From contig NKIB01014738.1 of assembly GCA_002256025.1 (NCBI GenBank), positions 1 to 41,059 of the forward strand: 41,059 nucleotides of DNA. Direction: 5' to 3'. Shown here piece by piece: positions 14,414 through 24,710 of this stretch (its first letter is position 1; each line of letters begins with the position of its first letter). The position numbers and the translations under genes are program-made. This DNA comes from Asterionella formosa (lineage: Eukaryota). The notes below the pieces were generated by a model that made no database searches, was not told where the DNA came from, and saw nothing but the letters and a program-made list of their open reading frames with translations.

Positions 14414-15310
14414 AATGTGAAACCATGGATTATTACCCAAAGGGATTGAGTGGTACGAATGCATTGTATAATCAGAAGATAAGGAATTAAAGTTGTAACT
14501 GAAACGAAAGAGTTCATGATTTCCTCTGCGTCCTTTTGTAGTGCTAATCGATTCCCGGTAAGCAAGTAGCAAAATCATAAAACATGTTAAATATCCTAAA
14601 AGAAAAATTGAGCTGGTTGAGGTTTCCACAATCCCCCCTTCATTTGGGATTTGGGATGAAGTAAGTTGCAACCAATGTAGCAGTATGACTTCATAATTAC
14701 TTTCTTGCCTGGAAGGCATTCGCATCGATCGAATCATAACAAGCTGAACATTAAAATACTCATAGAAGGAGACCTCAAATCATTGGGTTTTCTTTTTTCT
14801 ATAATCCAATGAATAGGGACGACTTGTAGACAATCTGAGGGGGCCAAGGCAGAGCCACATCAGCGCTTTTTCGATACCCTACATATGACAAAAGACTATA
14901 GAGATGTGTGCATGAACATCGCTTTTTTTGCCACTATCGCTTTGATCTCTTGACGACTGGTTGTAGTGGAGTTATTTTGACAAAGCTCCTCCTCAACTGC
15001 ACTTTCTCAAAAGCCTTCTCTAACTCTGGTGTTGGGAAAGTTTGTGTAAGAGTTTTCATTTGTTTTGAAAGAAAAAATGGAAAAACTACAACTGATATGC
15101 TCAATCTCGGCTTCATGAAAACTCGACAGGGAAGGGAGGGGGAGTAAGCGGTGATGCAAGGCATATATCTGTTCTTAATACGTCAAACTTATAATTCAAA
15201 CTTCGCAGGTAAACAGAACATCTTATTAGTGAGCGCAAACTATCGCATCGCATGTCATCTACATCTCGTTACATTTATTCCACACCCATTCACATCATCA
15301 ATATTCACAA

Positions 15311-16618
15311 CTATTTTCCCTTCTTCAGATTTCGCAAAAATGCAGGAACATCATCAACTATTTGTGGTTGTGCCTGCATATGCTCTGGCATTGTTGTCTG
15401 CTCCTTCACGGCTTTCTCGGTAGGTTGCGTAGCCTGTGGTCGAACAATATCGGCCACTGGTCGTTGCACAGGAACGGATCTGTCCACAATGACATCATCA
15501 TCGTAGGAGTCAAAGCCTGTTGCCAGTACAGTAATCGAAATGGTATCGCCGAGCGAATCGTCAGTCAAGGCGCCAAAAATAACGTTTGCGTTTTTGTTTA
15601 CCGATTCGGAAATAAGTTTCGCTGCTCTGCTGACTTGACTCAGGGAAAGTGCCGGGCCGCCACAAATGTTGAAGACGACTCCTGTAGCGTTCCTAATGGA
15701 AGTATCGAGCAAAGGCGACGTGATAGCTGCATTGGCTGCATCTTCGGCAGCAGTTTTTCCATATCCAGTCCCCATTCCCATCAAGGCAGTGCCTGCATCA
15801 CTCATAACTGACCGGACATCAGCGAAGTCCACGTTGATCATTCCTGGTTTCACGATAATGTCGCTGATTCCCACAACGCCCTGTCGCAAGATATCATCAG
15901 CTATGATGAAAGCCTTTTCTATTGGTGTATCGTCAGGAATAATCCGCAGCAGTCGATCGTTCGACACAACAATGACAGTATCAACATGCTGTTTCAATCG
16001 TTCAATGGCAGCCTTAGCCTGAGTCATTCGCCGCTTGCCTTCAAAGGCAAACGGCTTGGTGACAATTCCGATCGTCAAGCAGCCGGCTTCCTTCGCGATT
16101 TCCGCCACTACAGGCGCAGCTCCAGATCCAGTACCTCCTCCCATTCCCGACGTAATAAAGCACAAGTCCGCCCCTGCCACCAAGATTGCAACTTCTCGCC
16201 TCGACTCCTCGGCAGCCTTGCGTCCCAGATCAGGGTTGCCACCCGCACCTAGGCCGCGAGTCACTGCTGCTCCAATATTCAAGACCTTCGCACCTCTGGC
16301 CTTGCTCCGTCCCAATGCTTGAGCATCCGTGTTCAGCGCCCAAAAATCTACGCCGGAAACAGTCGTTTGCAACATCCGATCGACAGCATTGCAGCCACCG
16401 CCGCCAACGCCGATCACCTTGATGATACAGGGATTCAATCCTCCATCAGGCATGACAACGCCGTCACCGTTGAGGTGAGTCTTCTTCCTAAATCCTGTGA
16501 ATTTCACGTTGGATGGTAACTTGAAGGGGTTTGTCGTCATTTCGATTGAAAACGCATAGGTTGACATCACCAGAGTTGCTTGCAACAGCGACAGCACCTT
16601 GGAAGGAATGACGGACAT
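15311..16618 (-). CDS. ftsZ: Plastid division protein FtsZ, nucleus-encoded with bipartite plastid-targeting presequence
   Basis: Intronless 435-aa ORF. Motifs: IKVIGVGGGGCNAV, LNTDAQAL, GLGAGGNP, tubulin signature GMGGGTGSG, PFAFEG, T7 loop NVDFAD, VLATGF, and C-terminal core peptide DDVPAFLR. The N-terminus is a hydrophobic signal peptide ending STYA|F, followed by a transit-like stretch (ASAFAP-type Phe at +1). Confidence 0.96.
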   Translation of the reverse strand: MSVIPSKVLSLLQATLVMSTYAFSIEMTTNPFKLPSNVKFTGFRKKTHLNGDGVVMPDGGLNPCIIKVIGVGGGGCNAVDRMLQTTVSGVDFWALNTDAQALGRSKARGAKVLNIGAAVTRGLGAGGNPDLGRKAAEESRREVAILVAGADLCFITSGMGGGTGSGAAPVVAEIAKEAGCLTIGIVTKPFAFEGKRRMTQAKAAIERLKQHVDTVIVVSNDRLLRIIPDDTPIEKAFIIADDILRQGVVGISDIIVKPGMINVDFADVRSVMSDAGTALMGMGTGYGKTAAEDAANAAITSPLLDTSIRNATGVVFNICGGPALSLSQVSRAAKLISESVNKNANVIFGALTDDSLGDTISITVLATGFDSYDDDVIVDRSVPVQRPVADIVRPQATQPTEKAVKEQTTMPEHMQAQPQIVDDVPAFLRNLKKGK

Positions 16619-18518
16619 TCTTCGAACGAAGGGAGAATGTCAAATGAGATTAACGTGACAGAAGGAGTCTTTGCAAGCTAGTCAAGTTCGCATGCATATA
16701 GAAGTTGTACTTGCACTTGTAGATCGTAACAACTAGCCAGCCCTCTCTCCTCTTGATCAGTCTAGAACATCAGCTGTGTCGACTCGTAACGGGGCAGAAA
16801 GCAAGGATGGATACTGTATACCAAGATGTAGTCTAGCAGAAAATCAACGTACGGTAGCTAAACTGCAAGATATTTATTTGTATACCGGTAGACGCTTTTC
16901 CCGGTACCAGGTACTGGTGTACCTGGTACTAGATACTCAATATTTTTTGTTATTTGTGCTTCTTCTGACTTCCGGGTTTACGGTACCTCCGGAGTACCGT
17001 ATTCTTTTCTCCCAGATATTGCAACATGCCTTTGCCTTCAGAGCACTGCAAACAACCAACCATTCTCATCACTCTACTAAAACAAATAAGATCAAAAGAA
17101 CTAACTATTGTTATCTGTATCTCATTTTACTGGCAATCACTTCTAACCAGAAAATATGATTTGTAATTCATAAAGTTTAATTTGTTCATCCTACACATTT
17201 GATCAAGCAAAGCATATTTATCATATGATTAACTGTGTCAATGACATGAGAAAATGAATCATCTACTAATTATTATTTGATTTGTACCATGTGAAAAAAG
17301 TTATATGACTCCTGCTACTTTAGAGGCTTTATCATATCACTGACTTGTTGGTACGAAATTTGATAGAAAAAATTCAGAAACTGCTGTACATCAGGTCGTG
17401 GAAAATAAGGATATCCTCATGCATTCTTGTATATATTTGAATTACTATGTATAAGCTTAACAACCGATGATATTATACACATGATACAGGATGTGCAATA
17501 TAAAGAGTGTCTTTGAAATATGATAGTGTTCAACTGTAGCTATGGATATTTATACATTTACAAATCTCTGTAAATGTATACATGGCTTATAAATTTGAAA
17601 GGTTCCTTTTCATGCATACTGGTACACATCCAGGAATGAAAGATTACATCAGCCAAATCAAAAGGAAAACTGAAGTGAAGAGGATACAATACAATGACAT
17701 GACACCTTGCAGCTTAGTAGAATAGCTCATTTTGCATTTGGTGGGAAACAACCAATGTCAACAAAACAAAAATTGGTATGTGCTCTCATTGTACCAGCAA
17801 TGCTCAACTGTTAGACCATAACTGACAATGCTTGTTTTTTCTTTCAGGATAATTTTAATCAAACAGTTTTGTTGTAACTTATGAATGACATTGGTGGAAT
17901 GATTCATTGATGTGTACTTATTTAGCATTTTTCATGGTATTTCCACCCCTCAACACATCACCCCATGCTATGATTGGGTACTCCCTCTGGTCTGGTATAT
18001 TTGCAATTTGCTCAGAGACTAACCCGGCCTGATTCACATCCTTTAAAGAAGCCCTCTGTAGAAGAAATATTTATATTCCATGTGAGACAATGCAGTCTAT
18101 GGGTACATCGGTTAGATGAGTATATTTAGTCGAGTATAACGCTAAATTGCTATGCATCATGGTGTGCATTGTCTAGGGCTATTGATTTTTGTCGGCCAGC
18201 ATACTGACCTGTATATATATATGTGTGTAATAACAACAATTACTAACAAAGAGATAAAGCTAAATAAAGGAATGAGCATGCGTTTCTGGACAAAATATTT
18301 CGTTCTACAGACGTCGAATCATATAGCAAAAGTTTTGTGTACATCCAGATTCATGCTGACGAGCTGGTCATGTACCGGTATGTCAATAGTCTCATCAGCC
18401 TTCCTGTTGAGGTTGCGAAACGAGCAATCGGCGAAGTATTGTTGCTATTTCGGTGTTATATCCTTCCTCTTATGTCTATTGACTAACGAAGGGTCAATTC
18501 AAAAGGGAGGGGGGTCCA

Positions 18519-18725
18519 GAGCAAACATTCCAAGCAGGGAGCAATTCTACCAAAAAGCGAAAAAATCGGGATCAGGTTCACCTAATTCTTGACTATTTAG
18601 AACAGATATTTACTATATGCACCATAAAGTTAGGAATTATTTGTAAATAGGAAAGGCTCCTATTAGCCAAAGAATATTCGGAGCTTGCACTTCATGAGAG
18701 GCAGTGGACCTAAAGGTTTGATTGC
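18519..18725 (+). repeat. Dispersed repeat copy B (upstream of ftsZ), same orientation as copy A, with ~60 extra internal bases
   Basis: Same colinear blocks as 13127-13275, with extra sequence between TTAGAACAG and AGCCA. Confidence 0.8.
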
Positions 18726-19013
18726 AGCTGGCTACTGGTACCCGGTATAGTTCATTACTCAGTACTCCGTACTCCATATACTGGGTACACTGGTGATGGT
18801 ACATAACTGCTTGTAACAGAGCACATAAGGTAGATATTACCCTGGAAGGTCTCGTAATCAGTGCACATAGCTAGCATGCAGGTTGCTCGTTTTCTGTTCA
18901 TCAATTCACGTACAAAAAAAGGCAGGGGTACACCCCCAAAAATTTTCGAACCCCTAAATTTTATTTACATCGACGTTAAGCCGTTAGTTGTTTTATTTTC
19001 AAAATGAACTTGA

Positions 19014-19195
19014 AGTCAGCAGTCAGTAAGTTGAAGTCAGCAGTCAGCAATTTCATGTCAGCAGTCAGCAGTCAGCAGTCAGCAGTCAGCAGCAAAAGAA
19101 GTCCGCAGTCAGCGATTTTTTCAAATTTTCAATGAATTAAGTCAGCAGTCAGCAAAACAAAGTCCGCAGTCAGTAGTTAGCATGTTGAAGTCAGC
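19014..19195 (+). repeat. AGTCAGC heptamer array, cluster 1
   Basis: Tandem and interspersed AGTCAGC units, e.g. GTCAGCAGTCAGCAGTCAGCAGTCAGCAGTCAGC at ~19057-19090. Confidence 0.9.
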
Positions 19196-19231
19196 ATTTT
19201 TACGATAGTGCATATTTGTAGCAATATGAAG

Positions 19232-19538
19232 AAGTAGATAGCAATGATTTTTTCAGGCATCAATGTCGTCTATCTCACAGTTTATTATTATTTATTGAGT
19301 ACCAGGTACCTCTGTGTTACTCCTGATATTTTGAACGTATAAGGCATTGCTTTTAGCTAGTACTATCCCAACAACAGCCAAAAAGATGAAAAGTAGATAG
19401 CAATGATTTTTCAGGCATCAATGTCATCTATTTCACAGTTTATTATTATTTATTGAGTACCAGGTACCTCTGTGTTACTCCTGATATTTTGAACATATAA
19501 GGCATTGCTTTTCGTACTATCCCAGCAACAAAAAGATG
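19232..19538 (+). repeat. Tandem duplication, ~159-bp period, 2 copies
   Basis: AAGTAGATAGCAATGATTTTT..CAGGCATCAATGTC...GAGTACCAGGTACCTCTGTGTTACTCC...AAAAAGATG starts at 19232 and again at 19391, with a few substitutions and indels. Confidence 0.9.
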
Positions 19539-19618
19539 CATTATTCAAATATGAAAAGCAAATACGATTCATACACCAGTACCGGTAGTTGGTCTCTTCC
19601 TGTGTACAAAGTATGTAT

Positions 19619-19740
19619 GTCAGTAGTCAGCAAATGAAGTCAGCAGTCAGAGAATTTATCTAATTTTCAGCAAATCAAGTCAGCAGTTACTAGCAACAAG
19701 AAGTCCATGACAGTCAGCAAGTTGAAGTTGGAAGTCAGCA
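19619..19740 (+). repeat. AGTCAGC heptamer array, cluster 2
   Basis: Repeated AGTCAGCA / GAAGTCAGCA units in the same orientation as cluster 1. Confidence 0.85.
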
Positions 19741-20625
19741 ATTCTCTACTGTGAAAGCAAGGTGGCAGTGCTTTTCCATTTGAAACTTTGTAATGGTTAC
19801 AGGTAATGTAAATAAATGTAAATATTTGAGATTTTTCATCTTTTCGGAATTGGTGAGCCAGTCAGGCTTCCAATTAAGTAGGTTGAAACCGCCATGTGGA
19901 ATTTATATTATATAGTGTGCACAATTCACTGATTACCTGTACCAGACCTTCCTGTATATATGGTACCTGGTACCAGGGTACCGGTACCGTACCAGGTACC
20001 ACCCAGTCCGTTGAACCATCCAAATATTTCACGGTATATAACGTTTAAACCGGTATACCGATAGCGGGATTTTGCTTTTATGAGCGCACTGACAAATTAG
20101 TTGTTCATTGATTTACAACCAACCATCATGCACTAGCTCGACGAGCGCGCTGCAAAGCATTGTCAAAAATCAATCATGATGCGTCCACCATGTATGAGCG
20201 AATTCACCGTGAATACATCACTTGGTTCCTTTGTATCACTGTGCTCACTTCTCAGTTCCGCCGTCTGGATCTGTAAGTTGTGTCCATCATCAAGCTTTGC
20301 CAATTTCTCAACCTCCAGAGTTTTATTTCTCTCCGTTCCAATTCTGCTGATCACAGTTGGCAGGTTGCATCATGAATGGAAAGACCAGACGCTCCTGGAA
20401 AATGAAGACTCCACACAATGCTGACTCGCGTTTTGCAGTCTATTGTGCCCTGCTTTGCCGTCCTTAAGGCTGTTTTCAAGCTCGCCCTTGCGGAGAGCGG
20501 AACGTACTTGTGTGCTTCTTCCATTGAAATCATACGAGTCATAACGGCAATACATTTCCTTTCTTACATTTTATTTTCGTAATTTCAGAGGGCTTTCGAC
20601 GAAACATGAGACTCCTTAAGGAGGA

Positions 20626-20745
20626 ATTTCTCATACTTTGGATCAAGTCCATCCTCTGCAGCTGAGTTGCTGCTGTCCTAGATCATTTCTCATACTTTGG
20701 ATCAAGTCCATCCTCTGCAGCTGAGTTGCTGCTGTCCTAGATCAT
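20626..20745 (+). repeat. Perfect 59-bp tandem duplication
   Basis: ATTTCTCATACTTTGGATCAAGTCCATCCTCTGCAGCTGAGTTGCTGCTGTCCTAGATC at 20626 and at 20685. Confidence 0.95.
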
Positions 20746-20786
20746 CAGGTATCATGTCAATGCAGTTGGCCCTGAAAATGAATGTG

Positions 20787-20902
20787 ACACGTGGTGGTCA
20801 TTTCGTATCTCCCAGTATATTATGAAGAACAGAACGCCGTGACTACACGTGGTGGTCCTTACGTGTCTCCCAGGATATTATGAAGAAACAGAACGCCGTG
20901 AC
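20787..20902 (+). repeat. Imperfect 58-bp tandem duplication
   Basis: ACACGTGGTGGTC...TCTCCCAG.ATATTATGAAGAA(A)CAGAACGCCGTGAC at 20787 and at 20845. Confidence 0.9.
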
Positions 20903-22024
20903 TTGGATTTTTTTCATCTGGGACTTAAATAGACCGCTTGCGAAGCCCTTGGGACTAGTCCAGGAAATGGCCCATGATCCTGCGAATAAAGTGCACTCTA
21001 TGCTGGTTCTTGTATCCCACGAGCACTGTGTCCAAGATTTTGATCATTTTATTGCCATTCAGCTGGGTACGGAGTTGTATCGTTTGACTATATAATCGTT
21101 ATAAAAAGTCCAAGCCATACTTGGAACAATTCGCACTCGACCCATGTCCCAGAAAAATGAGGTTTGAGGAAAGTTAACTTCATAAATGCAGCGACAAGTG
21201 AGAACCATAACTCCCCAGACATCAATGAATATAGCGAACGTTTGAGCTGAAGCGTATCTTTCTCGTTGTGAACGAGGGCATACTACCGGTAGACAAGCAG
21301 TTTCAGTTCCTTTATCTGGTAGGCTAGTCTACCAATTGTCTACCTGCCTGTGTCATCCATCATGCCCATTTACTATGTTTGCTATCCCCGTAACATGTCA
21401 TTATATGCCGGTACATATGCAAAAGTGTTCGATGATTTTCTCAGCCTCTAATAATTTGAGCCCTCTAACAAAATGTAATACCGTTGACACGCACCAATGC
21501 AGCGTCATTCCAATGCCCAAGAATTATGGTAATCTCATCAGGAACGAGCAAGCCACTCTCACCAGGATTGCGATGATCGTGAAAAATCATCAGCTTTCTT
21601 AAAAATATGATATCATACGTGCATGTATAACATTTCATTTGCTGTTCCAGAGAAAGGATTGGGGCTTCTCGGCGCGAACATTTTCCAGGCTGCTCGAAAG
21701 GATGCCGGTACCTGGTACCAGGTACCGGTACTGCCAGCCACAGGTAACTTCGTACGCTCGTTCCGTTCGGCCTTGTCGCTGATTCGATTGCATGTGTATC
21801 GCCCGCACATCGCAGCTTTTCTTCGAGCTAAATAGATAGAAGCGACATTTTCGCTCTCATTTTTCCGTTGGTCGTCATTTCGCTCACGATATGCGAAGCC
21901 ACATTTTTGATCTCGTTGTCTCCGCCTCTCTTGTTCATCATCACAACATATAACTTTGCAATAGAAATCAACTGATAGGTTTTGTAGTCGCAATAAAGGT
22001 TATTGTTTAGACGAATTCTACATT

Positions 22025-22285
22025 ATGGAATCTCTTCCGAGTGAAAGCTGGTCTACCTTCCATAACCGTCACGCATCTTGCGCCAGCTTTAGGGGTCTCG
22101 ACCCTTGGGACTTTGAGGGGAGTACGCCAAAATCACGTCTATCCGAGATCTTAGAATTCCTTTCACATTTCATTCCAGGAGGGCGCACGCGGCAAAAGAT
22201 GCGTGCTGGGGCGGTACAAAGAAACAGTAAACGTTCAAGTTACATTGTCGAAAAAGTTGACGACATGGGATTCAACTTTTCATGA
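22025..22285 (+). CDS. Possible short hypothetical protein (86 aa) or exon of a small gene convergent with the GH53 gene
   Basis: ATG-initiated ORF in CpG-retaining, gene-like sequence ~300 bp downstream of a GGTACC palindrome cluster. No recognisable motif. Confidence 0.25.
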   Translation: MESLPSESWSTFHNRHASCASFRGLDPWDFEGSTPKSRLSEILEFLSHFIPGGRTRQKMRAGAVQRNSKRSSYIVEKVDDMGFNFS

Positions 22286-22617
22286 TGGAACCGGTTACCC
22301 CAACGAAGAAAGCTACTGCTGTTACACTCTATTCTTGAGGTCATCCGAAATTCAGCAGATCAGTTCATGTTTCGCTGTGAAGGAGTGAAAATTGCCACTA
22401 TTCAAATAATTAATACAATACATGAGATGTAAAATAGAAGTGAGGTTGAGGACATTCATCCATCAGTGCAGAAATGATGTTCAGTGCCCTCGATATCGTT
22501 CGTCATTTGAGATAGTTTCGTTTGACTTGCAGTTAGGTTATTGTTCACATGAACCCAAAAAGCAAACACAAAAATAACCCGAACGGATATGCGTACCTCC
22601 TTGCCAATGTGAGCATT

Positions 22618-23886
22618 TTATACCCCAACAAGAGCATCAATAGCTTTCAACGCTTGTGCATTTTCATCAAATAAGGAACGATTGGCGGCCTCCTGCCAGG
22701 TCTCGTTGCTATTCATCCATCGTTCTGGCTGCGTCCAATGGCTTCCCCGGTAAAAGGCTGCGGTTTCTCGCTCCCCATCGCTGTGAAGTTCAAGCACCTT
22801 TCGAAGAGCTTTTAAAAATTCCATTTGTCCATCTTTTGTTTGGCTAAAGGTCAAATGCTCGCTGTCATCATTTGTCTCTCTCCAATAATACGCGGTTTCA
22901 ACGATCCAAACAACCTTTTCGGGAAAGACCATTCTGAGATTGTCCATGTTCTCTTGCAAATTCGCAAGCGTGCCGTGCCATAAAGGATTGTACGATAGAC
23001 CAATAATATCGTACTGCCCACCGGCTATGGTAAAATTAGTAAACCAATCTTCAGAAAATTCCGTCCATCCACCCGCAGCGAGGTGTATGACTATCCTAGG
23101 CAAAGGCTTGGTAGATGGAAGAGAGTCTTGTATTGCCCGAACTGCTGTGTTTGTAAGCTTCACAAATTTTTCCATATCACCATCTGGTTGTATTCTCCCT
23201 AACTCCCAAAGCATGCCCGCGTTGACCTCATTGCCAATTTGAATGGCATTCGGAATGGTGTCTTGATCACGAAGTACCTCCATGACGCTCCGTGTATGAT
23301 TGTATACGTAGTCCTTCAACATGGCAAGTGTCACGTTCTGCTCCTTATCATCTGACGTCCAGCAAGTTGGCATCCATTGGTTGTCTCGGTCAGCCCACCA
23401 GTGTGAATAATGAAAGTCCAAGAGCAGCTTCATCTTCTGCACTGTTACGATATCTCTTGCCATTTCCTTGACGTATTCAATATCCTGAAAGAGACCATGG
23501 GTCCCATCTGGGTCCACCATGACCCTTAGGCGCGCCCATCGATACCCGTGATCTTTGAAAATCTCAAGAGGGTCCTTTTCCGTACCATCCACGTCTTTGT
23601 ATTTGACTCCTGCCCGTCGCGCTCCGAGCGATTCGGATGAGTCGCAGCCAACCTGGATCAAGACAGGCTCTGTGAACCTTCGTTCAGGGGGAACTCCTAC
23701 ACAAACGCCAAAGCGACTACATGCAGTAGTACCTAATGCGAGCAAGGCGGAGATCGCCAGCAAAACAAAGAAAGGAAGAGCCCAGATTCGACGAGGCGCA
23801 CGCCGCTCTCTCAAATCGCGAGGAGGCTCCAGGCCTCCGTCGTCGTCCTCCTCATCTTCGAACTCCATTTCTAGCCATTCCGGCAT
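22618..23886 (-). CDS. Glycoside hydrolase family 53 (endo-beta-1,4-galactanase-like) with N-terminal type II membrane anchor
   Basis: Intronless 422-aa ORF. GH53 motifs: GCDSS, ARLRVMVDP, LLLDFHYSHWWAD, IQIGNEVNAGMLW (acid/base Glu), DIIGLSY, VETAY (nucleophile Glu). N-terminus is an acidic tail, basic residues, then the hydrophobic helix IWALPFFVLLAISALLALG. Confidence 0.88.
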   Translation of the reverse strand: MPEWLEMEFEDEEDDDGGLEPPRDLRERRAPRRIWALPFFVLLAISALLALGTTACSRFGVCVGVPPERRFTEPVLIQVGCDSSESLGARRAGVKYKDVDGTEKDPLEIFKDHGYRWARLRVMVDPDGTHGLFQDIEYVKEMARDIVTVQKMKLLLDFHYSHWWADRDNQWMPTCWTSDDKEQNVTLAMLKDYVYNHTRSVMEVLRDQDTIPNAIQIGNEVNAGMLWELGRIQPDGDMEKFVKLTNTAVRAIQDSLPSTKPLPRIVIHLAAGGWTEFSEDWFTNFTIAGGQYDIIGLSYNPLWHGTLANLQENMDNLRMVFPEKVVWIVETAYYWRETNDDSEHLTFSQTKDGQMEFLKALRKVLELHSDGERETAAFYRGSHWTQPERWMNSNETWQEAANRSLFDENAQALKAIDALVGV

Positions 23887-24317
23887 GCTGGGGTGAATTG
23901 CTAATTAAACCTTAGCTGGAATCGCGACGTATTGGGGGTGGGGTAATCTATATATACCGTAGTGGATCGCAAATTCGTCTCTTCTGCTCAGGGCTAGAAA
24001 TCGAAATCATGTGTTTATTCGGATGAGGAAATATCAGAATGCTTGTGACTGACTATGTGTATTACTACAGGTACATGCGCAGAAGTACCGGTAAATGAAT
24101 GACTGTTTTACCTAAAACGAGAAGTGAATTACCGTGTGTACTGGTATACCACCGGAATTAGGCTATTTCTAATTGCGTAACACAAATCCAGACACATACG
24201 TGCTTTTTGTGTGTCTGTACATCAAATTTCATTGCATGTGTCATCTTATCCAATTCAATACATGCCGGTACACAGCACAAACGGCCAATTTCCTTTGTGT
24301 GGACCTATATATACCAG

Positions 24318-24710
24318 TACACTTGGGACAGCTGCTACTCATTTTGTTGTCAGAATGAACACAAATTTGAATGAAGAAACACATCACTCATTCTTTATCA
24401 ATTGGACAGAGAAGATGATGGCATCACTTCAACATGACTTCATCTACATGCCATGTGATGATGAACAATACAGTTTCGTGGTCAATGAATACAGTGACAT
24501 GGGACTCCCTGGATGTGTTGGCTCAGTTGATTGTGTACACATTCGCTGGGACCAGTGCCCTAGCCAATGTTTCCACATATATACAGGCAAAGAGGATGTT
24601 CCATCCATTGCATATAATGAGGTCATCTGCACCAGCCAAAAATTCATTCCAGCAGTTTCTCCTGGCCATCCTGGTGCTAGGAATAATAAACACATAGTCA
24701 GAACTGATGT
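24318..24710 (+). mobile_element. PIF/Harbinger-type (plant transposon protein / DDE_Tnp_4-like) transposase fragment
   Basis: EETHHSFFINW...EYSDMGLPGCVGSVDCVHIRWDQCP...YTGKE...PSIAY..VIC...GHPGARNNKHIV. GxPGCxGSxDCxH carries the first catalytic Asp; the expected GxxND is present as GARNN. Both ends are truncated. Confidence 0.8.

Noticed and set aside
14934..15164. 76-aa minus-strand ORF between ATG8 and ftsZ
   Set aside because: No motif, lies in the 3' region of ftsZ, and no supportable splice model.
15311..16618. ftsZ as evidence of bacterial contamination or a prokaryotic contig
   Set aside because: It has a eukaryotic bipartite targeting peptide and neighbours intron-containing genes; no division-cluster genes are nearby.
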